Shown: piece by piece, positions 28,874 to 39,704 of the stretch
Numbering within the stretch: the stretch's first letter is position 1
How the letters are laid out: every line of letters begins with the position of its first letter
Source: an uncultured Gemmatimonadaceae bacterium
GTDB lineage: Bacteria; Gemmatimonadota; Gemmatimonadetes; Gemmatimonadales; Gemmatimonadaceae
Direction of reading: 5' to 3'
NCBI GenBank assembly: GCA_963817955.1
Contig: CAWFQK010000003.1
Span: 64,001-128,000 of the forward strand
DNA: 64,000 nt
Position numbers and translations under genes: made by a program
The notes under the pieces: generated by a model
Database searches by the model: none
What the model saw: only the letters and a program-made list of their open reading frames with translations
Told to the model about the DNA's origin: nothing

Positions 28874-29483
28874 TGGACTCGGCAAACATGTACTTCCACG
28901 TTTCGCGGCGGTTGAGCGAGATGGGGCTCGTGCGGGTGGGCGACGTGTAGGGCGTCAGCCCAAACCTGCGAGCGAGAATCGACAGCCGAAACATGTGGAA
29001 CGGGTCGCTGACGAGAATCACCTCGCGTGTTGGCTCGGCGTCCATGAGCAACGAGACCTGCTGCATTGATTCCGCCGTGGAGCGGCCGGCGTTCTCAATC
29101 ATGATCACACGGGGCGGAACGCCATGGTTGATGGCGTAACGCTGCCCGACGGCCGCCTCGCTCGTCGTATCGTGATCGCCAAAGCCGCCGGTGAAGATGA
29201 TCCGCGGCGCGAGCCCGCGGCGCCACAGATCGATGGCGTGATCGAGACGCGCCCGCAAGACCGGCGAAGGGCGTCCCACGTACTGTGCCGCGCCGAGAAC
29301 GACGATAGCGGAGGCAGAGCGGGCGGTGTCGCGGTTTCCCCAGAACAGGACACCGATGAGCGACATCAGCCAAGTGCCGAACGTCAACAGGCCCAGCATC
29401 CAGCCGAGCCGCAACCAGTTTGTCCGACGGCGCGGGAGCATTTGGTGGAAGCTAGCGGCGTGCAACGTCCTGCCGCTCGACAT
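28830..29483 (-). CDS. YdcF/DUF218 family protein (start uncertain)
   Basis: [29 protein letters not shown]. Confidence 0.88.
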   Translation of the reverse strand: MSSGRTLHAASFHQMLPRRRTNWLRLGWMLGLLTFGTWLMSLIGVLFWGNRDTARSASAIVVLGAAQYVGRPSPVLRARLDHAIDLWRRGLAPRIIFTGGFGDHDTTSEAAVGQRYAINHGVPPRVIMIENAGRSTAESMQQVSLLMDAEPTREVILVSDPFHMFRLSILARRFGLTPYTSPTRTSPISLNRRETWKYMFAESIKAPISFLLERREP

Positions 29484-29529
29484 CTGTTCGGGATTCTTTC
29501 ACGGGCGCGAAATCAGTAGTTTGCGCGCC

Positions 29530-30177
29530 ATGGATACCCTGCCCGTTTTCCCCACGCTACGCATCGTTTCGCATCCACTCATTCAGCACAAGCTGAGCAT
29601 CCTTCGTGATCGCGAGACGCCAACCAAGATCTTCAAGGAACTGGTGGACGAGATCGCCATGCTCATGGCCTATGAGGCGACGAGCGATCTCCCGCTCGAG
29701 ACCGCGACCGTGGACACGCCACTCGAGCGTACCGTGGGCCGGCGCGTGAGCGGCAAGAAGCTGACGCTCGTTCCGATCTTGCGCGCCGGGTTGGGCATGG
29801 TGGAAGGGATCTACCGCCTGGTGCCAGGAGCGCGGGTGGGCCACATAGGGCTGTACCGCGACCACGACACGCTCGAGCCAGTGGACTATTACTTCAAGGT
29901 GCCGAGCGATGCACCGGAGCGCGACTTCTTCTTGCTCGATCCCATGCTCGCCACCGGCGGCAGCGCCGCGGCGGCCGTGTCGTCGCTCAAGCGAGCGGGC
30001 GCGACCCGCATCCGGTTCATGTGTCTCGTTGCCGCACCGGAGGGCGTCAAACGCCTCGCGTCAGCGCACCCAGACGTGACGGTGTATTGTGCATCGCTCG
30101 ATCGTGAGCTCAACGAGCACGGGTATATTCTGCCCGGGCTCGGTGACGCCGGGGACCGATTGTTCGGGACGCGTTAA
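29530..30177 (+). CDS. upp: Uracil phosphoribosyltransferase
   Basis: [36 protein letters not shown]. Confidence 0.96.
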   Translation: MDTLPVFPTLRIVSHPLIQHKLSILRDRETPTKIFKELVDEIAMLMAYEATSDLPLETATVDTPLERTVGRRVSGKKLTLVPILRAGLGMVEGIYRLVPGARVGHIGLYRDHDTLEPVDYYFKVPSDAPERDFFLLDPMLATGGSAAAAVSSLKRAGATRIRFMCLVAAPEGVKRLASAHPDVTVYCASLDRELNEHGYILPGLGDAGDRLFGTR

Positions 30178-30827
30178 CCGAACCACTCCCGAGGACAGTC
30201 GCGCTGCTGGCGGGCGGCGTCGATGACCCACTGCTGCGTCTGCGAGTCCGCGATCTCCGCGATCACCCGATTGAACCAGGTGGTTGACAGGGTCGTGTCT
30301 CCCACTCGCCTCCACAGCTCTCCGACCAAGTAGGTCAGTACCGCACGCTCGTCGCGCGCAACCCCATCGAAGCTTTCCAGCGTTTCCTGGAATTTCCATG
30401 CGGCCTTCCGCCGGAAGAACCGTTCTGCTTCGATGTCCCCTTCATCGACACAACACCACGCCGCTCGCAGCAGGAGGTCTGCAATGTGTCTGGGTTCCGT
30501 GCCCTGCCATTCCGCAACCTTCGCCGCGGCTTCGTATTTGTCAGAACCGGCAAGGGTACCGCACGAAACGCCAGGGGCAAGCTCGCTCCATACACGCTCC
30601 TTGAGCACGGGCGAGACTTCTGCTTCTTCCGTGAAATCTCGATCGGCGCCGGAGTACCCACAGCGGTTACACGTATGGATCAGATAGGGCAGCGGCTGGG
30701 TGCCCGCCGCGCGTTCGTGAAAGTCAGTGCGCTTTCCGCCAAATGAATTCGTCGACACAACAGACTGCGAGCGGAATTTCGTCTCACAGATGGGGCACTG
30801 TAGCTCGATTTGCTGTAGCGTGGTCAT
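30174..30827 (-). CDS. DUF2225-like zinc-ribbon/TPR protein
   Basis: CPIC...TDF...[22 protein letters not shown]. Confidence 0.75.
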   Translation of the reverse strand: MTTLQQIELQCPICETKFRSQSVVSTNSFGGKRTDFHERAAGTQPLPYLIHTCNRCGYSGADRDFTEEAEVSPVLKERVWSELAPGVSCGTLAGSDKYEAAAKVAEWQGTEPRHIADLLLRAAWCCVDEGDIEAERFFRRKAAWKFQETLESFDGVARDERAVLTYLVGELWRRVGDTTLSTTWFNRVIAEIADSQTQQWVIDAARQQRDCPREWFG

Positions 30828-31018
30828 CGGTCCGCCTCCTGCCTTCACGGTCCTCCCTTCGCTTGACAGGTAAGGGAAAAACTGTGCCACCTACGGCGAC
30901 GTGTAGCTCTTGTTCGCATTTCCGTACATCACTATCATTCCGCGTCCGAAGTACGTTCGCGTCTGCGCTGTGGACGTGTCTGTGGTAAGCGCGTGCCGTC
31001 TTCCCGCCTTCCGGTCGA

Positions 31019-31957
31019 ATGCTGATCAACCTGCTGCCTGATTTTTTTGCTGTTCTCCAGAGCACCGACCGCCTCACCGCGTACCAGCGTTACTTCGCTT
31101 CTCATCGCAAGATTCTCGAGCCGTACTGGCACAACTACGTCATCGATCCCGACAGTCGGCACTTCTTGGACATTGTGCAATCGACGGTCACTGCCGACTG
31201 CACAGATCTGACCACGATGCTCGAGCGCACGGACGTCGTGACGCTCGCGCGTAGCGCCGAGCAGCAGTGCCGCGAACTGCTCAGCGTCGATTGCGACATC
31301 GATGTTGTGCTCATGGTTGGCGTCGGCGCGGCGAATGCCGGCGAGTTGGTCGTTGACGGCCGCGGTATCGCCTTCGTGTGTCTGGAGCATTTCACCGGCA
31401 AGGTGAATCAACAGACCCAAGGCCTTGGCCTCGATCCCGAGTTGATGCCGCTCTGGCTCGCCCACGAGATCGCTCACGCCGTGCGCTACACGTCGCCAAC
31501 AAGCCGCAGCGCGCTGCACGACATCGTGCAGGAGTCGGGTGGTTATTACTCCTTTTGGGACACGGGACGCCGGGCGACGCTGCGCGAACTGTTGATCAAC
31601 GAAGGTCTCGCGGTACACGCCTCGCGCGCGATCAGCCCGGGCCACGCGGCGTGGGAGTACTTTGGTTATGAACGCCGACAGTACGCCGACGTGCGGCAGA
31701 TCGAGCCGGTGCTGGCACGCGCGGTCGTTCCCGATCTCGATCAGTCAGGACTTGGTCTGCGCCTTCGTTATCTGTCGGGCGGCATGAGCAACGAAGCGCG
31801 TACGGTTGATCGGTACGTGATGCCGGAACGCTCGGGATACTACATTGGCGCGCGGATGTGCGAGCCGGCAATCAACAGTCGGGGGTTAGCGTGGGCTGTC
31901 CGGGCGAGCGCCGCGGAAATTGCCGAGCTGGGGCAGGCGGAGATGAAGACCGCGTAA
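31019..31957 (+). CDS. Putative zincin-like metalloprotease (DUF2268-like)
   Basis: HEIAH, NEGLA, GYYIG. Confidence 0.65.
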   Translation: MLINLLPDFFAVLQSTDRLTAYQRYFASHRKILEPYWHNYVIDPDSRHFLDIVQSTVTADCTDLTTMLERTDVVTLARSAEQQCRELLSVDCDIDVVLMVGVGAANAGELVVDGRGIAFVCLEHFTGKVNQQTQGLGLDPELMPLWLAHEIAHAVRYTSPTSRSALHDIVQESGGYYSFWDTGRRATLRELLINEGLAVHASRAISPGHAAWEYFGYERRQYADVRQIEPVLARAVVPDLDQSGLGLRLRYLSGGMSNEARTVDRYVMPERSGYYIGARMCEPAINSRGLAWAVRASAAEIAELGQAEMKTA

Positions 31958-32001
31958 GCGGGGCTTGACTCGCGAGTCGTGGCCCGTGCCGTAAGTCGCG
32001 T

Positions 32002-33417
32002 TCACTTGCCTACGCAAAATCGCCGAAAGACCTCGTCCAGCACCTGCTCCACGTCCACGGCTCCGATCAGATCTTCGAGCGACGTCACGGCCTCTCGCAA
32101 GTGCACGGCCGCAACCGGCGCCGGCACGTCGCCGCTCTGCCAACGGTCACGAAATGCGCGCACTTCTTCGAGCGCCTTCGCCACTGCGTAGCGGTGTCGC
32201 TCCTGCGTCAGCAATGACACGTTCTGCTCCACCGGTTCGCCGTCTCGCAGCGCCACCGTTGCCACCGTTGCCACCGCGGCGAGCAATGCTTCGAGGCCTT
32301 CCCCTGTTTCGGCGCTGACGGCAAGCGCCACAGCGGCCGCATGGCTTGTGCGAAGTTCTAAGAGTTCGGCCGGCGTGACCGGCGAAACATCACACTTCGT
32401 GCGCACCGCAATCACCGGCGCCGAGGTGCGCCCGACGAGCGACCGGCGGATGGCCTCGAATGCGGAGTTGCTGTCGCCACAGGCCAGCACTACGGCGGCG
32501 CGAGTGACGTAGGACTCGCTCATCTCGACGCCGAGCTTCTCCACCGGATCCAGTGCGTCATGTATGCCGGCGGTGTCCACCAGGCGGAGGGGAACGGTGG
32601 GCGTGTCGACCACCGCCTCGATCGCATCGCGCGTCGTGCCCGGGATATTCGTGACGATCGCGCGGCTCTCGCCGAGCAGCGCATTGAACAACGATGACTT
32701 GCCGACGTTGGGGGCGCCGGCGAGAACGACAAGTGCGCCCTCTCGCACCAGTTGGCCGGCGCGTGCCGTGGCCAGCAGTTGTTCGAGTCTGGCGATCGCC
32801 CCATCCGTGGCCGACAGAATGCGCGCCGGTGCGATCGGCCCGTCGTCCTCCTCGGGGAAATCAATGTCGTAGGCGATGAGGGCTTCGAGGCCGATCAAGT
32901 CGTCGCGTAACGCCAGCACTCTGCGGCTCAGTCCACCATCGAGTTGACGGATGGCGGCGCCCTGGGCGGCTCGCGAGGTGGCATTCACCAGGTCGCCCGC
33001 CGCTTCGGCCTGGAGGATATCGAGCTTGCCGTTGAGAACGGCACGCCTGGTGAACTCGCCAGGGAGCGCCTGGCGCGCACCACGGGCGATCAGGGCAGCA
33101 ACGATCGTGGTGGGCACGACGAGCCCGCCGTGGGAGATCAACTCGACGGCGTCCTCTCCGGTGAACGACGCCGGCGCGTCATAGCGAAACACCAACGCCT
33201 GATCGAGCTCGGCGCCGGTCGCATCGTGGACGTGTGTCAGCAGTGCGGTGCGCGGAACCGCCGGCCAGCGAGTGAGCGCCGCGCGCGCGATGTCATGGGC
33301 GTCTGGTCCCGACAGACGCACGACGGCCAGCGCACCGCGACCGGGGGCGGTCGCCAGCGCGACGATCGTATCAGAGAAGTAGAATGGGCTGCCCGGTGTC
33401 GGGCGGGGTCCGATCAT
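32002..33417 (-). CDS. mnmE: tRNA modification GTPase MnmE
   Basis: [37 protein letters not shown]. Confidence 0.96.
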   Translation of the reverse strand: MIGPRPTPGSPFYFSDTIVALATAPGRGALAVVRLSGPDAHDIARAALTRWPAVPRTALLTHVHDATGAELDQALVFRYDAPASFTGEDAVELISHGGLVVPTTIVAALIARGARQALPGEFTRRAVLNGKLDILQAEAAGDLVNATSRAAQGAAIRQLDGGLSRRVLALRDDLIGLEALIAYDIDFPEEDDGPIAPARILSATDGAIARLEQLLATARAGQLVREGALVVLAGAPNVGKSSLFNALLGESRAIVTNIPGTTRDAIEAVVDTPTVPLRLVDTAGIHDALDPVEKLGVEMSESYVTRAAVVLACGDSNSAFEAIRRSLVGRTSAPVIAVRTKCDVSPVTPAELLELRTSHAAAVALAVSAETGEGLEALLAAVATVATVALRDGEPVEQNVSLLTQERHRYAVAKALEEVRAFRDRWQSGDVPAPVAAVHLREAVTSLEDLIGAVDVEQVLDEVFRRFCVGK

Positions 33418-34202
33418 GTCGTTCGCGTCTGCGTCGTCAGCTCGAGGGATTCCCCTGGTTCGACAATCTTGACCGACGTCGCCAGGTGGTGCGACTCCAG
33501 CCGCTCGCGCAGGCGCCGGATGGCATCGTGCGCGGTGGCCGTCACGTGACGGAAAGTACCCCAGTGATAGGGTACGAGCACTCGCGCGTGCAGACGCTCG
33601 AACAGCGTGAGCGCGTCTTCGTGGGTCAGGTGTCCTTTTCGAAACCCTGGCTTCCACCAGGGCGCATAGCCAATCGGCAACAGCGCGAGATCGAGCTGGC
33701 GTCCGGTTTGCCAGAGCACACGTTTCACGAGGTAGTGCGTGTCCTCGGCAAGCGCCGTGTCGCCGGCGAAGAAGATCGTTTCGCCGGCGTCGAGCAGATA
33801 CATGTTGGCGGCGCGGCGCCACCGGTCAAATCCGTATCGGTTGCCGTGGTGCGTGGCGCTCGCCGCGTAGATCTCCACGTCGCACACGCTGGTGCTTTCC
33901 CCCGGCGGCAGATCCACAGCGTGCGCGAAGCCGAGCCGGCGCAGCCACTTGGCGATCACTGGCGGCGCGAACAACGGGCTCGTGCTCGGCAGACGCTCGA
34001 GCGTCTCAAACGACAGATGGTCAGCGTGCGCGTGTGTCAACAGGATGGCGTCGAGCGACGGCAGCTTCTCGAGCGCGATTCCAGGCGCCGCCACGCGCGG
34101 CAAGATCCCCCCGAGCTTCGGATCGAAGTTCGGATCGGTGAGGATCCTTGCGCCGCCGATCTCCAAGAGCAGCGTCGCATGGCCGATGTACGTGACCTTC
34201 AT
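33414..34202 (-). CDS. MBL-fold metallo-hydrolase
   Basis: GHAT, TDP, THAHADH, FAGDT, PYHWGTF. Confidence 0.9.
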   Translation of the reverse strand: MKVTYIGHATLLLEIGGARILTDPNFDPKLGGILPRVAAPGIALEKLPSLDAILLTHAHADHLSFETLERLPSTSPLFAPPVIAKWLRRLGFAHAVDLPPGESTSVCDVEIYAASATHHGNRYGFDRWRRAANMYLLDAGETIFFAGDTALAEDTHYLVKRVLWQTGRQLDLALLPIGYAPWWKPGFRKGHLTHEDALTLFERLHARVLVPYHWGTFRHVTATAHDAIRRLRERLESHHLATSVKIVEPGESLELTTQTRTT

Positions 34203-34203
34203 G

Positions 34204-34253
34204 GGGACACGAGACACGAGACACGAGACACGGGACACGGGTCCCGTGTCCCC
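34204..34253. repeat. CACGRGA heptamer tract with terminal palindrome between yidC and the MBL gene
   Basis: GGGACACGAGACACGAG...GGGACACGGGTCCCGTGTCCC. Confidence 0.85.
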
Positions 34254-34257
34254 TTAC

Positions 34258-35952
34258 CTATCCCTTCTTCGCAGTTCGCGTTCCCGTCGCGGCAATCCCG
34301 GCTTTGGCCCGTTCTCGCGTCACCATCCACTGCTGCGGCAGCGCCGCGAAATTCTGGACGGCGTAATAGAGATTCAAACCGGAGGCGAAGTTGAGGAACA
34401 TGACCGTGAACATCACTGGCATCATGTAGCTCATCATCTTGGTCTGCGGATTCGGCGGCATGGAGCGCATGCCGATCCACGAGAGGAGGAACATGGAGGC
34501 GCCCATCACCAGCGGCGTGATGTAGGTCGGGTCGCGAAGTGCCAGATCCGGAAGCCAGAGGAAGGACACGCCTCGGAACTCGATCGTGTTCTGGAACACG
34601 TAGTAGAGCGCGTAGAGCACCGGCATCGGCAACAGCATTGGAAGGCACCCGAGCATGGGACTCAGCGGGCTCATGCCGTGTGCCTGATACAGCTTGACGA
34701 GCGCATCACGCTGCTTGTCCGGATCGCTCTTGTACTTCTTCTGCACTTCCTGCAACTCCGGCTGCAGACGCTGCATGGCCATGCTCGTGCGCATTGCCTT
34801 CTGGTTGAGCGGCCAGAGCAACAGACGGATGACGACACCGAAGATGATGAGCACCCATCCGTAGTTCACGTGCAGGGTCGCCTTCATCCACAGCAGCAGA
34901 CGCATGACGATGGTCGCCAACGGCTGCACCACCGGACGCATGAAGCTCGCGTACGGATTGACGTTCTCGAGATCGTTGCCGTAGGTGTGGAGCACTTGCC
35001 ACGACTGCGGCCCAATGTAGAGGTCGAACGCGAACTGACCGTTGGTGAGCGGCTGCATGGTCGTCGCCGACGCTGTTCGCGTGATGCGTCCGAGCTTCTC
35101 GCCGCCGCGCATCGTGAGCCCAAAGAAGACGCCCGCCGCCTTCTGCCCCACCGGCTGCATCAGTGCCACGAGAAAATACTTGTCGTGCGCGGCTATCCAC
35201 TGGAATGAGCCGGTGTCAGAACGCACGGTGTTGGAGTCGAGCTTGGAGAACGGAACGCTCGTGACGTCGCGCAGGGGGATCTTGTACGCGTACGCCAGGT
35301 GACGCTGGTCGTCGAGCGTGTCTGCCTCAGCCGAGCGGAACGCATGAGGTAGGTCAACGAGCAACGCGGATCCGGCAGGCGCGTTGGCGACCGTGCCGCG
35401 CACCGCGCTGCGAAACCCATCGCTGTCTGCTTGGTAGCTGATCGTGATTGCCGGCGACACCGACGTAAACGTCGTCGTCCGGCCAGAGGTGCTGATCGCG
35501 AAAGGAACGGTGTTCAGGTCGACCGTGTCGGCACCGAGCGCGAGCCGGTAGTGGAGCAATGGGCCGCGGGGCTGCTCGATGACAACCGTGTCGCGGTGAC
35601 CGGGACGGAGATTGCGGAAGCCGATCGGCTGGACGGTGGACGGCACGGCGCCCGGACTGACATAGGTGACCTTTACGCGCGGAGCGGCAACCACCACCGA
35701 CTCGGCAACGAGGGGCTTGGCCGTTGCGGCGCCGATGGCTGGCTGCACCGTAGATGTGCCCGGCGCGGGGGCGGGGGAGCCTGGCTGCAGGCTAGCTGCT
35801 GATGATACGGCCGTGGGCGTTGGCGCAGCGGTGCGGGCAATCGCGCTATCGGTGGTGGGGCTCGGCTGGCGTCGCGACGTTGGAAAGAGAAACGGCGTGA
35901 CGACGATGACGGCCGCCATGAGCACGAGCGCGAGGAGAGTGCGTCTATCCAT
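34258..35952 (-). CDS. yidC: Membrane protein insertase YidC
   Basis: NYGW, RLLLWPL, GCLPMLL, FLWLPDL, GLNLYY. Confidence 0.95.
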   Translation of the reverse strand: MDRRTLLALVLMAAVIVVTPFLFPTSRRQPSPTTDSAIARTAAPTPTAVSSAASLQPGSPAPAPGTSTVQPAIGAATAKPLVAESVVVAAPRVKVTYVSPGAVPSTVQPIGFRNLRPGHRDTVVIEQPRGPLLHYRLALGADTVDLNTVPFAISTSGRTTTFTSVSPAITISYQADSDGFRSAVRGTVANAPAGSALLVDLPHAFRSAEADTLDDQRHLAYAYKIPLRDVTSVPFSKLDSNTVRSDTGSFQWIAAHDKYFLVALMQPVGQKAAGVFFGLTMRGGEKLGRITRTASATTMQPLTNGQFAFDLYIGPQSWQVLHTYGNDLENVNPYASFMRPVVQPLATIVMRLLLWMKATLHVNYGWVLIIFGVVIRLLLWPLNQKAMRTSMAMQRLQPELQEVQKKYKSDPDKQRDALVKLYQAHGMSPLSPMLGCLPMLLPMPVLYALYYVFQNTIEFRGVSFLWLPDLALRDPTYITPLVMGASMFLLSWIGMRSMPPNPQTKMMSYMMPVMFTVMFLNFASGLNLYYAVQNFAALPQQWMVTRERAKAGIAATGTRTAKKG

Positions 35953-35968
35953 TCAGGCTGAAGCGTCG

Positions 35969-36178
35969 CTAGGGAACAGGGTCATAGCCGCCTGGCCGAA
36001 AGGGATGGCAGCGGGCAATACGACGAACGGCAAGCCAACCGCCGCGCATCGCTCCATGTTTCTGGAGCGCTTCGACGGCGTATGCAGAGCAGCTTGGATA
36101 ATAGCGGCATGAAGCAGGCAGAAGCGGCGAAATGCTCACCTGGTAGCCGCGCACGAGAAGGATCAACAGCGTGCGCAT
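35969..36178 (-). CDS. yidD: Membrane protein insertion efficiency factor YidD
   Basis: [22 protein letters not shown]. Confidence 0.95.
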   Translation of the reverse strand: MRTLLILLVRGYQVSISPLLPASCRYYPSCSAYAVEALQKHGAMRGGWLAVRRIARCHPFRPGGYDPVP

Positions 36179-36184
36179 GGAGCC

Positions 36185-36631
36185 CTACGGGCGCGACGCG
36201 TCGCTGGTGACACGCGACAGAATAGTCTGGACGTCCGCCCTGAGCATGTCCAGTCCGACGGCGTAGGCTTCGCGGCGAGCGCGAATGGAAACGTCCAACG
36301 ACGGCCTCTCTCGCAGCGACGGCAACAGTTCCACTCGCACGAGCTCGCGGAGCCGGCGCTTGAGCCGATTGCGATCGACCGCAGAGTGTTGATGACGAGG
36401 CACAACGATCCCGATACGGGGAGAACCAAGAGGGGAAGCGAGAATCCGAACATCGAGATGTCCGGTTCGAATTCGCTTCCCCTCTCGAATGACGGTTTGT
36501 AGCTCGAGACTCCGCGTCAGCCTGTTCGGCCGCGGGAATCCAAGTTCGTCGTTACGCGCCTGCGTACTTACTCGGGAGTCTAACGGTGAGGCTCTTGCGT
36601 CCCTTTTTGCGACGACGGCTGAGGATTGCAC
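36185..36631 (-). CDS. rnpA: Ribonuclease P protein component (start uncertain, see findings)
   Basis: [24 protein letters not shown]; position after rpmH. Confidence 0.9.
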   Translation of the reverse strand: MQSSAVVAKRDARASPLDSRVSTQARNDELGFPRPNRLTRSLELQTVIREGKRIRTGHLDVRILASPLGSPRIGIVVPRHQHSAVDRNRLKRRLRELVRVELLPSLRERPSLDVSIRARREAYAVGLDMLRADVQTILSRVTSDASRP

Positions 36632-36716
36632 GCCCCCACTTGGTTTCCATGCGCGCACGAAATCCGTGAGTCTTGATACGGCGCTTGTTGCGGGGACGAT
36701 AAGTCGGCTTACCCAT
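36552..36716 (-). CDS. rpmH: 50S ribosomal protein L34
   Basis: [23 protein letters not shown]...[17 protein letters not shown]. Confidence 0.96.
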   Translation of the reverse strand: MGKPTYRPRNKRRIKTHGFRARMETKWGRAILSRRRKKGRKSLTVRLPSKYAGA

Positions 36717-36868
36717 AGACCACTCCAAATACGGTACGAACGAAGCTGCGATGCAGTCGTTAAACCTATTCAGGAAAGGAGGATAGAGCAAGGCGCGGAG
36801 CGCGCGCGTGGGTGAGTGGTAGACCGGGTGAGCGCCACAGGGCTCGCGCGACCGCTCCTCCGCTCCCT

Positions 36869-36897
36869 TTGACTTTTCCACATCGGATCTCTAGCTT
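36869..36897 (+). promoter_or_regulatory. dnaA promoter overlapped by a DnaA box
   Basis: TTGACT-17 nt-TAGCTT with TTTTCCACA at 36874-36882. Confidence 0.75.
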
Positions 36898-36929
36898 CGC
36901 TCGCCCGCCTCGTTTTCTCTTCCCACGCA

Positions 36930-38318
36930 ATGACGCTGACAGCCCACGAAGCTTGGAGCCGGCTACTCGATCGCGCTCGTTTAGAGCTGCCCGAGCAGAC
37001 CTTCAGGACATGGCTCGAGCCAACTGAGGCACTGTCGCTCGCCGACGGAACGATCTTCGTTGGCGCGCCCGATCAGTTCGCGGCCGACTGGAACGAGTCC
37101 AAGCACGCTGAGCTCCTGTCCAGCCTTGCGCCAGTCGCGCTGGGACACCCATTGGCCGTGATCTTCAAGGTCACTGAGGAGCGCAGGGCGCGCCCACAGA
37201 TGGACTTGTTTGTGGCTCCTCCCGCCCAAAAGGCTCTGGGCCAGGTTCGGAACGGCGGCATCATCTCGCCACCATTAAGTGATCGGTACACGTTCGACTA
37301 CTTTGTCATCGGCAAGTCGAATGAGCTGGCGGCCGCCGCAGCGCACGCCGTTGGCCAGGCGCCGGGCAAGGTCTACAACCCACTCTTCATCTACGGTGAC
37401 ACCGGACTGGGCAAGACGCACCTCATGCAGGCTATCGCGCATGAGATCGTGCAGCGCAAGCCGGAGACGCGGATCACGTTTATCGGAACCGAGCAGTTCA
37501 CCAACGAGCTCGTTGCCGCCATTCAGAACCGAACCACCGCTGATTTCCGTCGGCGCTTTCGTGAGACGGACCTCCTGCTCGTTGATGACGTCCACTTCCT
37601 GAAAGGGAAGGAGGCCATGCAGGAGGAGTTCTTCCACACCTTCAACGCACTGTACGAAGGTGGCCGACAGATTGTGCTCACGAGCGACCGCCCGCCGTCT
37701 GAGATCCCCGGTCTCGAGGCGCGACTCGTGTCGCGCTTTCAATGGGGCATGGTTGCCGACATCGAGCTGCCCGACCTCGAACACCGCATTGCGATCCTAC
37801 GGCAGAAGGCGCATCTCGACCATCTCGAGCTCACGATCCCGGAAGACGTCATCCGGTTCATCGCCGAGAACGTCCGGTCGAGCGTCCGTGAGCTGGAGGG
37901 GTCGATCATCAAGCTCCTGGCGTACGCCTCGCTCAAACACCGCGAGATTACGGTGGACATCGCTCGCGAGGCGCTGCGGGACAAGCTCAAGGCCGTGGAA
38001 GGACAACCCGCCGGCGGCCCGGCAATCAATACCTACGTCATTCAGCAGGCCGTCGCGAAGGAGTGGGGCGTCACGACCGATGGCCTCCGCTCAAAAACGC
38101 GTACCAAGAACCTCACCGTGCCACGTCAGGTGGCCATGTTCATGATGCGCGAGCTACTCGGCATGCAGCTCGTAGAGATTGGGAGCGCATTCGGCGGCCG
38201 CGATCACTCCACGGTCATCCACAGTCTGGAGCGCGTAGCGGCAATGACGAAGGAAGATCCTGCGTTCGGGCAACGGGTGGCGAGGGTTCAGGCAGCGTTG
38301 GAAAGCCTGCGGACTTGA
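36930..38318 (+). CDS. dnaA: Chromosomal replication initiator DnaA
   Basis: YNPLFIYGDTGLGKTHL, QEEFFHTFN, VRELEG, GGRDHSTVIH. Confidence 0.98.
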   Translation: MTLTAHEAWSRLLDRARLELPEQTFRTWLEPTEALSLADGTIFVGAPDQFAADWNESKHAELLSSLAPVALGHPLAVIFKVTEERRARPQMDLFVAPPAQKALGQVRNGGIISPPLSDRYTFDYFVIGKSNELAAAAAHAVGQAPGKVYNPLFIYGDTGLGKTHLMQAIAHEIVQRKPETRITFIGTEQFTNELVAAIQNRTTADFRRRFRETDLLLVDDVHFLKGKEAMQEEFFHTFNALYEGGRQIVLTSDRPPSEIPGLEARLVSRFQWGMVADIELPDLEHRIAILRQKAHLDHLELTIPEDVIRFIAENVRSSVRELEGSIIKLLAYASLKHREITVDIAREALRDKLKAVEGQPAGGPAINTYVIQQAVAKEWGVTTDGLRSKTRTKNLTVPRQVAMFMMRELLGMQLVEIGSAFGGRDHSTVIHSLERVAAMTKEDPAFGQRVARVQAALESLRT

Positions 38319-38557
38319 ACAAAACATCTACCCTTTTCCACAGGTTGTTCGTCGGAAAGGTCGTCGGTGGAGGGGGATTTCTGGGAAACTCGGGTTGCGC
38401 ACGTCGAATCAACAACGCGAGGGATAGTCGAACTGCTTGAATTGGTGTAACTTCCAGCGATTTTCCACGCCTCAACAGTCACTACTACGACTACTAGTTA
38501 ATTGCTCTTAATAGAGAACTACTAGTACCACGCCGTTTTGCACAACCAGGAGCCGTG
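38319..38557. other. oriC (dnaA-dnaN intergenic) with DnaA boxes, DnaA-trios and AT-rich DUE
   Basis: TTTTCCACA 38334-38342, TTTTCCACG 38461-38469, ACTACTACGACTACTA 38481-38496, AT-rich tract to about 38525. Confidence 0.85.
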
Positions 38558-39670
38558 ATGCGGTTTACGATCTCCCGTGAGAAGCTGCAGGAAGGTCTTG
38601 CCGCGGTAACCGCAAGCATCCCAGCGAAGACGACGCTGCCGATTCTCGCCAATATCATGGTCGAGGCCACCGAAAAAGGCATTCGCCTCTCGGGAACTGA
38701 CCTCGATATCGCCGTGACCACAGAGGTTGCGGCCGACGTCGAGACGCCCGGCGCAATCACGATTCCCGCCAAGAAGCTGAGTGAGATCGCCCGGGAGCTC
38801 CCGCCCGCGCCCGTGCGCATGGCCGCGGTAGGCGAACAACGCGTGTCGATCGACTGCGGTCGCTCGCACTTCAAGATCCTCGGATTGCCGCGCGACGAGT
38901 TTCCTGCGTTTCCAAACGTCAGATTCACCGAGAGCTGGCGCATTCGCTCTGGGGACCTGCAGAAGTTGATCTCGCATACCTCCTTCGCCGTCTCCACGGA
39001 AGAGAGCCGACCCATCCTCAACGGGGTGCTGTGGGAGTTCAAGCCGGACATGATGCGCATGGTGGCCACCAACGGCCATCGCTTGGCGAAAATGGAAATG
39101 CCAATCAAGTCCGCCGGCGCGCCGCCCTGTGATCTGATCGTGCCACCGAAGGCGCTGGAGCAGATCCGGCGACTCTTTCCCGAAGACGAAGAGCTCGAGA
39201 TCGCCAAGGGCGAGAACCATCTCGGTTTCCGCTCACCCTTTACCGCGGTGTTTACGCGGCTCATCGAGGGGCCGTACCCGCCATACGACCAGGTCATCCC
39301 GCGCGATAATAACCGCGTGGCGATCGCTGACCGTACCGCGCTCACCAGCGCGCTACGGCGTATGTCGATCATCGCGTCGGATCAGACACACCGGATTCGC
39401 CTGTCGTTCAACGCGGGCATGCTCAAGTTCAGCGTCCAGACGCCGGACTTGGGCGAGGCGACAGACGAGCTCGCAGTGCGTTATACCGGCGATCCGCTCG
39501 ACATCGGGTTCAACGCCAACTATCTACTCGAGATCCTGCGCTACATTCCCACGGACGAGGTGCGGTTGACGTTCAAGGCGCCGGAGCGCGCGGCGACCTT
39601 GGAGCCGGAAGGCTGGGCAGATCCGGCGCAGTACCTGTGTCTCGTCATGCCCCTGCGCTTGCTCGACTGA
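38558..39670 (+). CDS. dnaN: DNA polymerase III beta sliding clamp
   Basis: TLPILAN, ESRPILNG, ATNGHRLA, RLIEGPYP, GFN, VMPLRL. Confidence 0.97.
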   Translation: MRFTISREKLQEGLAAVTASIPAKTTLPILANIMVEATEKGIRLSGTDLDIAVTTEVAADVETPGAITIPAKKLSEIARELPPAPVRMAAVGEQRVSIDCGRSHFKILGLPRDEFPAFPNVRFTESWRIRSGDLQKLISHTSFAVSTEESRPILNGVLWEFKPDMMRMVATNGHRLAKMEMPIKSAGAPPCDLIVPPKALEQIRRLFPEDEELEIAKGENHLGFRSPFTAVFTRLIEGPYPPYDQVIPRDNNRVAIADRTALTSALRRMSIIASDQTHRIRLSFNAGMLKFSVQTPDLGEATDELAVRYTGDPLDIGFNANYLLEILRYIPTDEVRLTFKAPERAATLEPEGWADPAQYLCLVMPLRLLD

Positions 39671-39704
39671 GCGTCGCCCCTCCACCGTAGGAGGCCGGTC
39701 GCAC

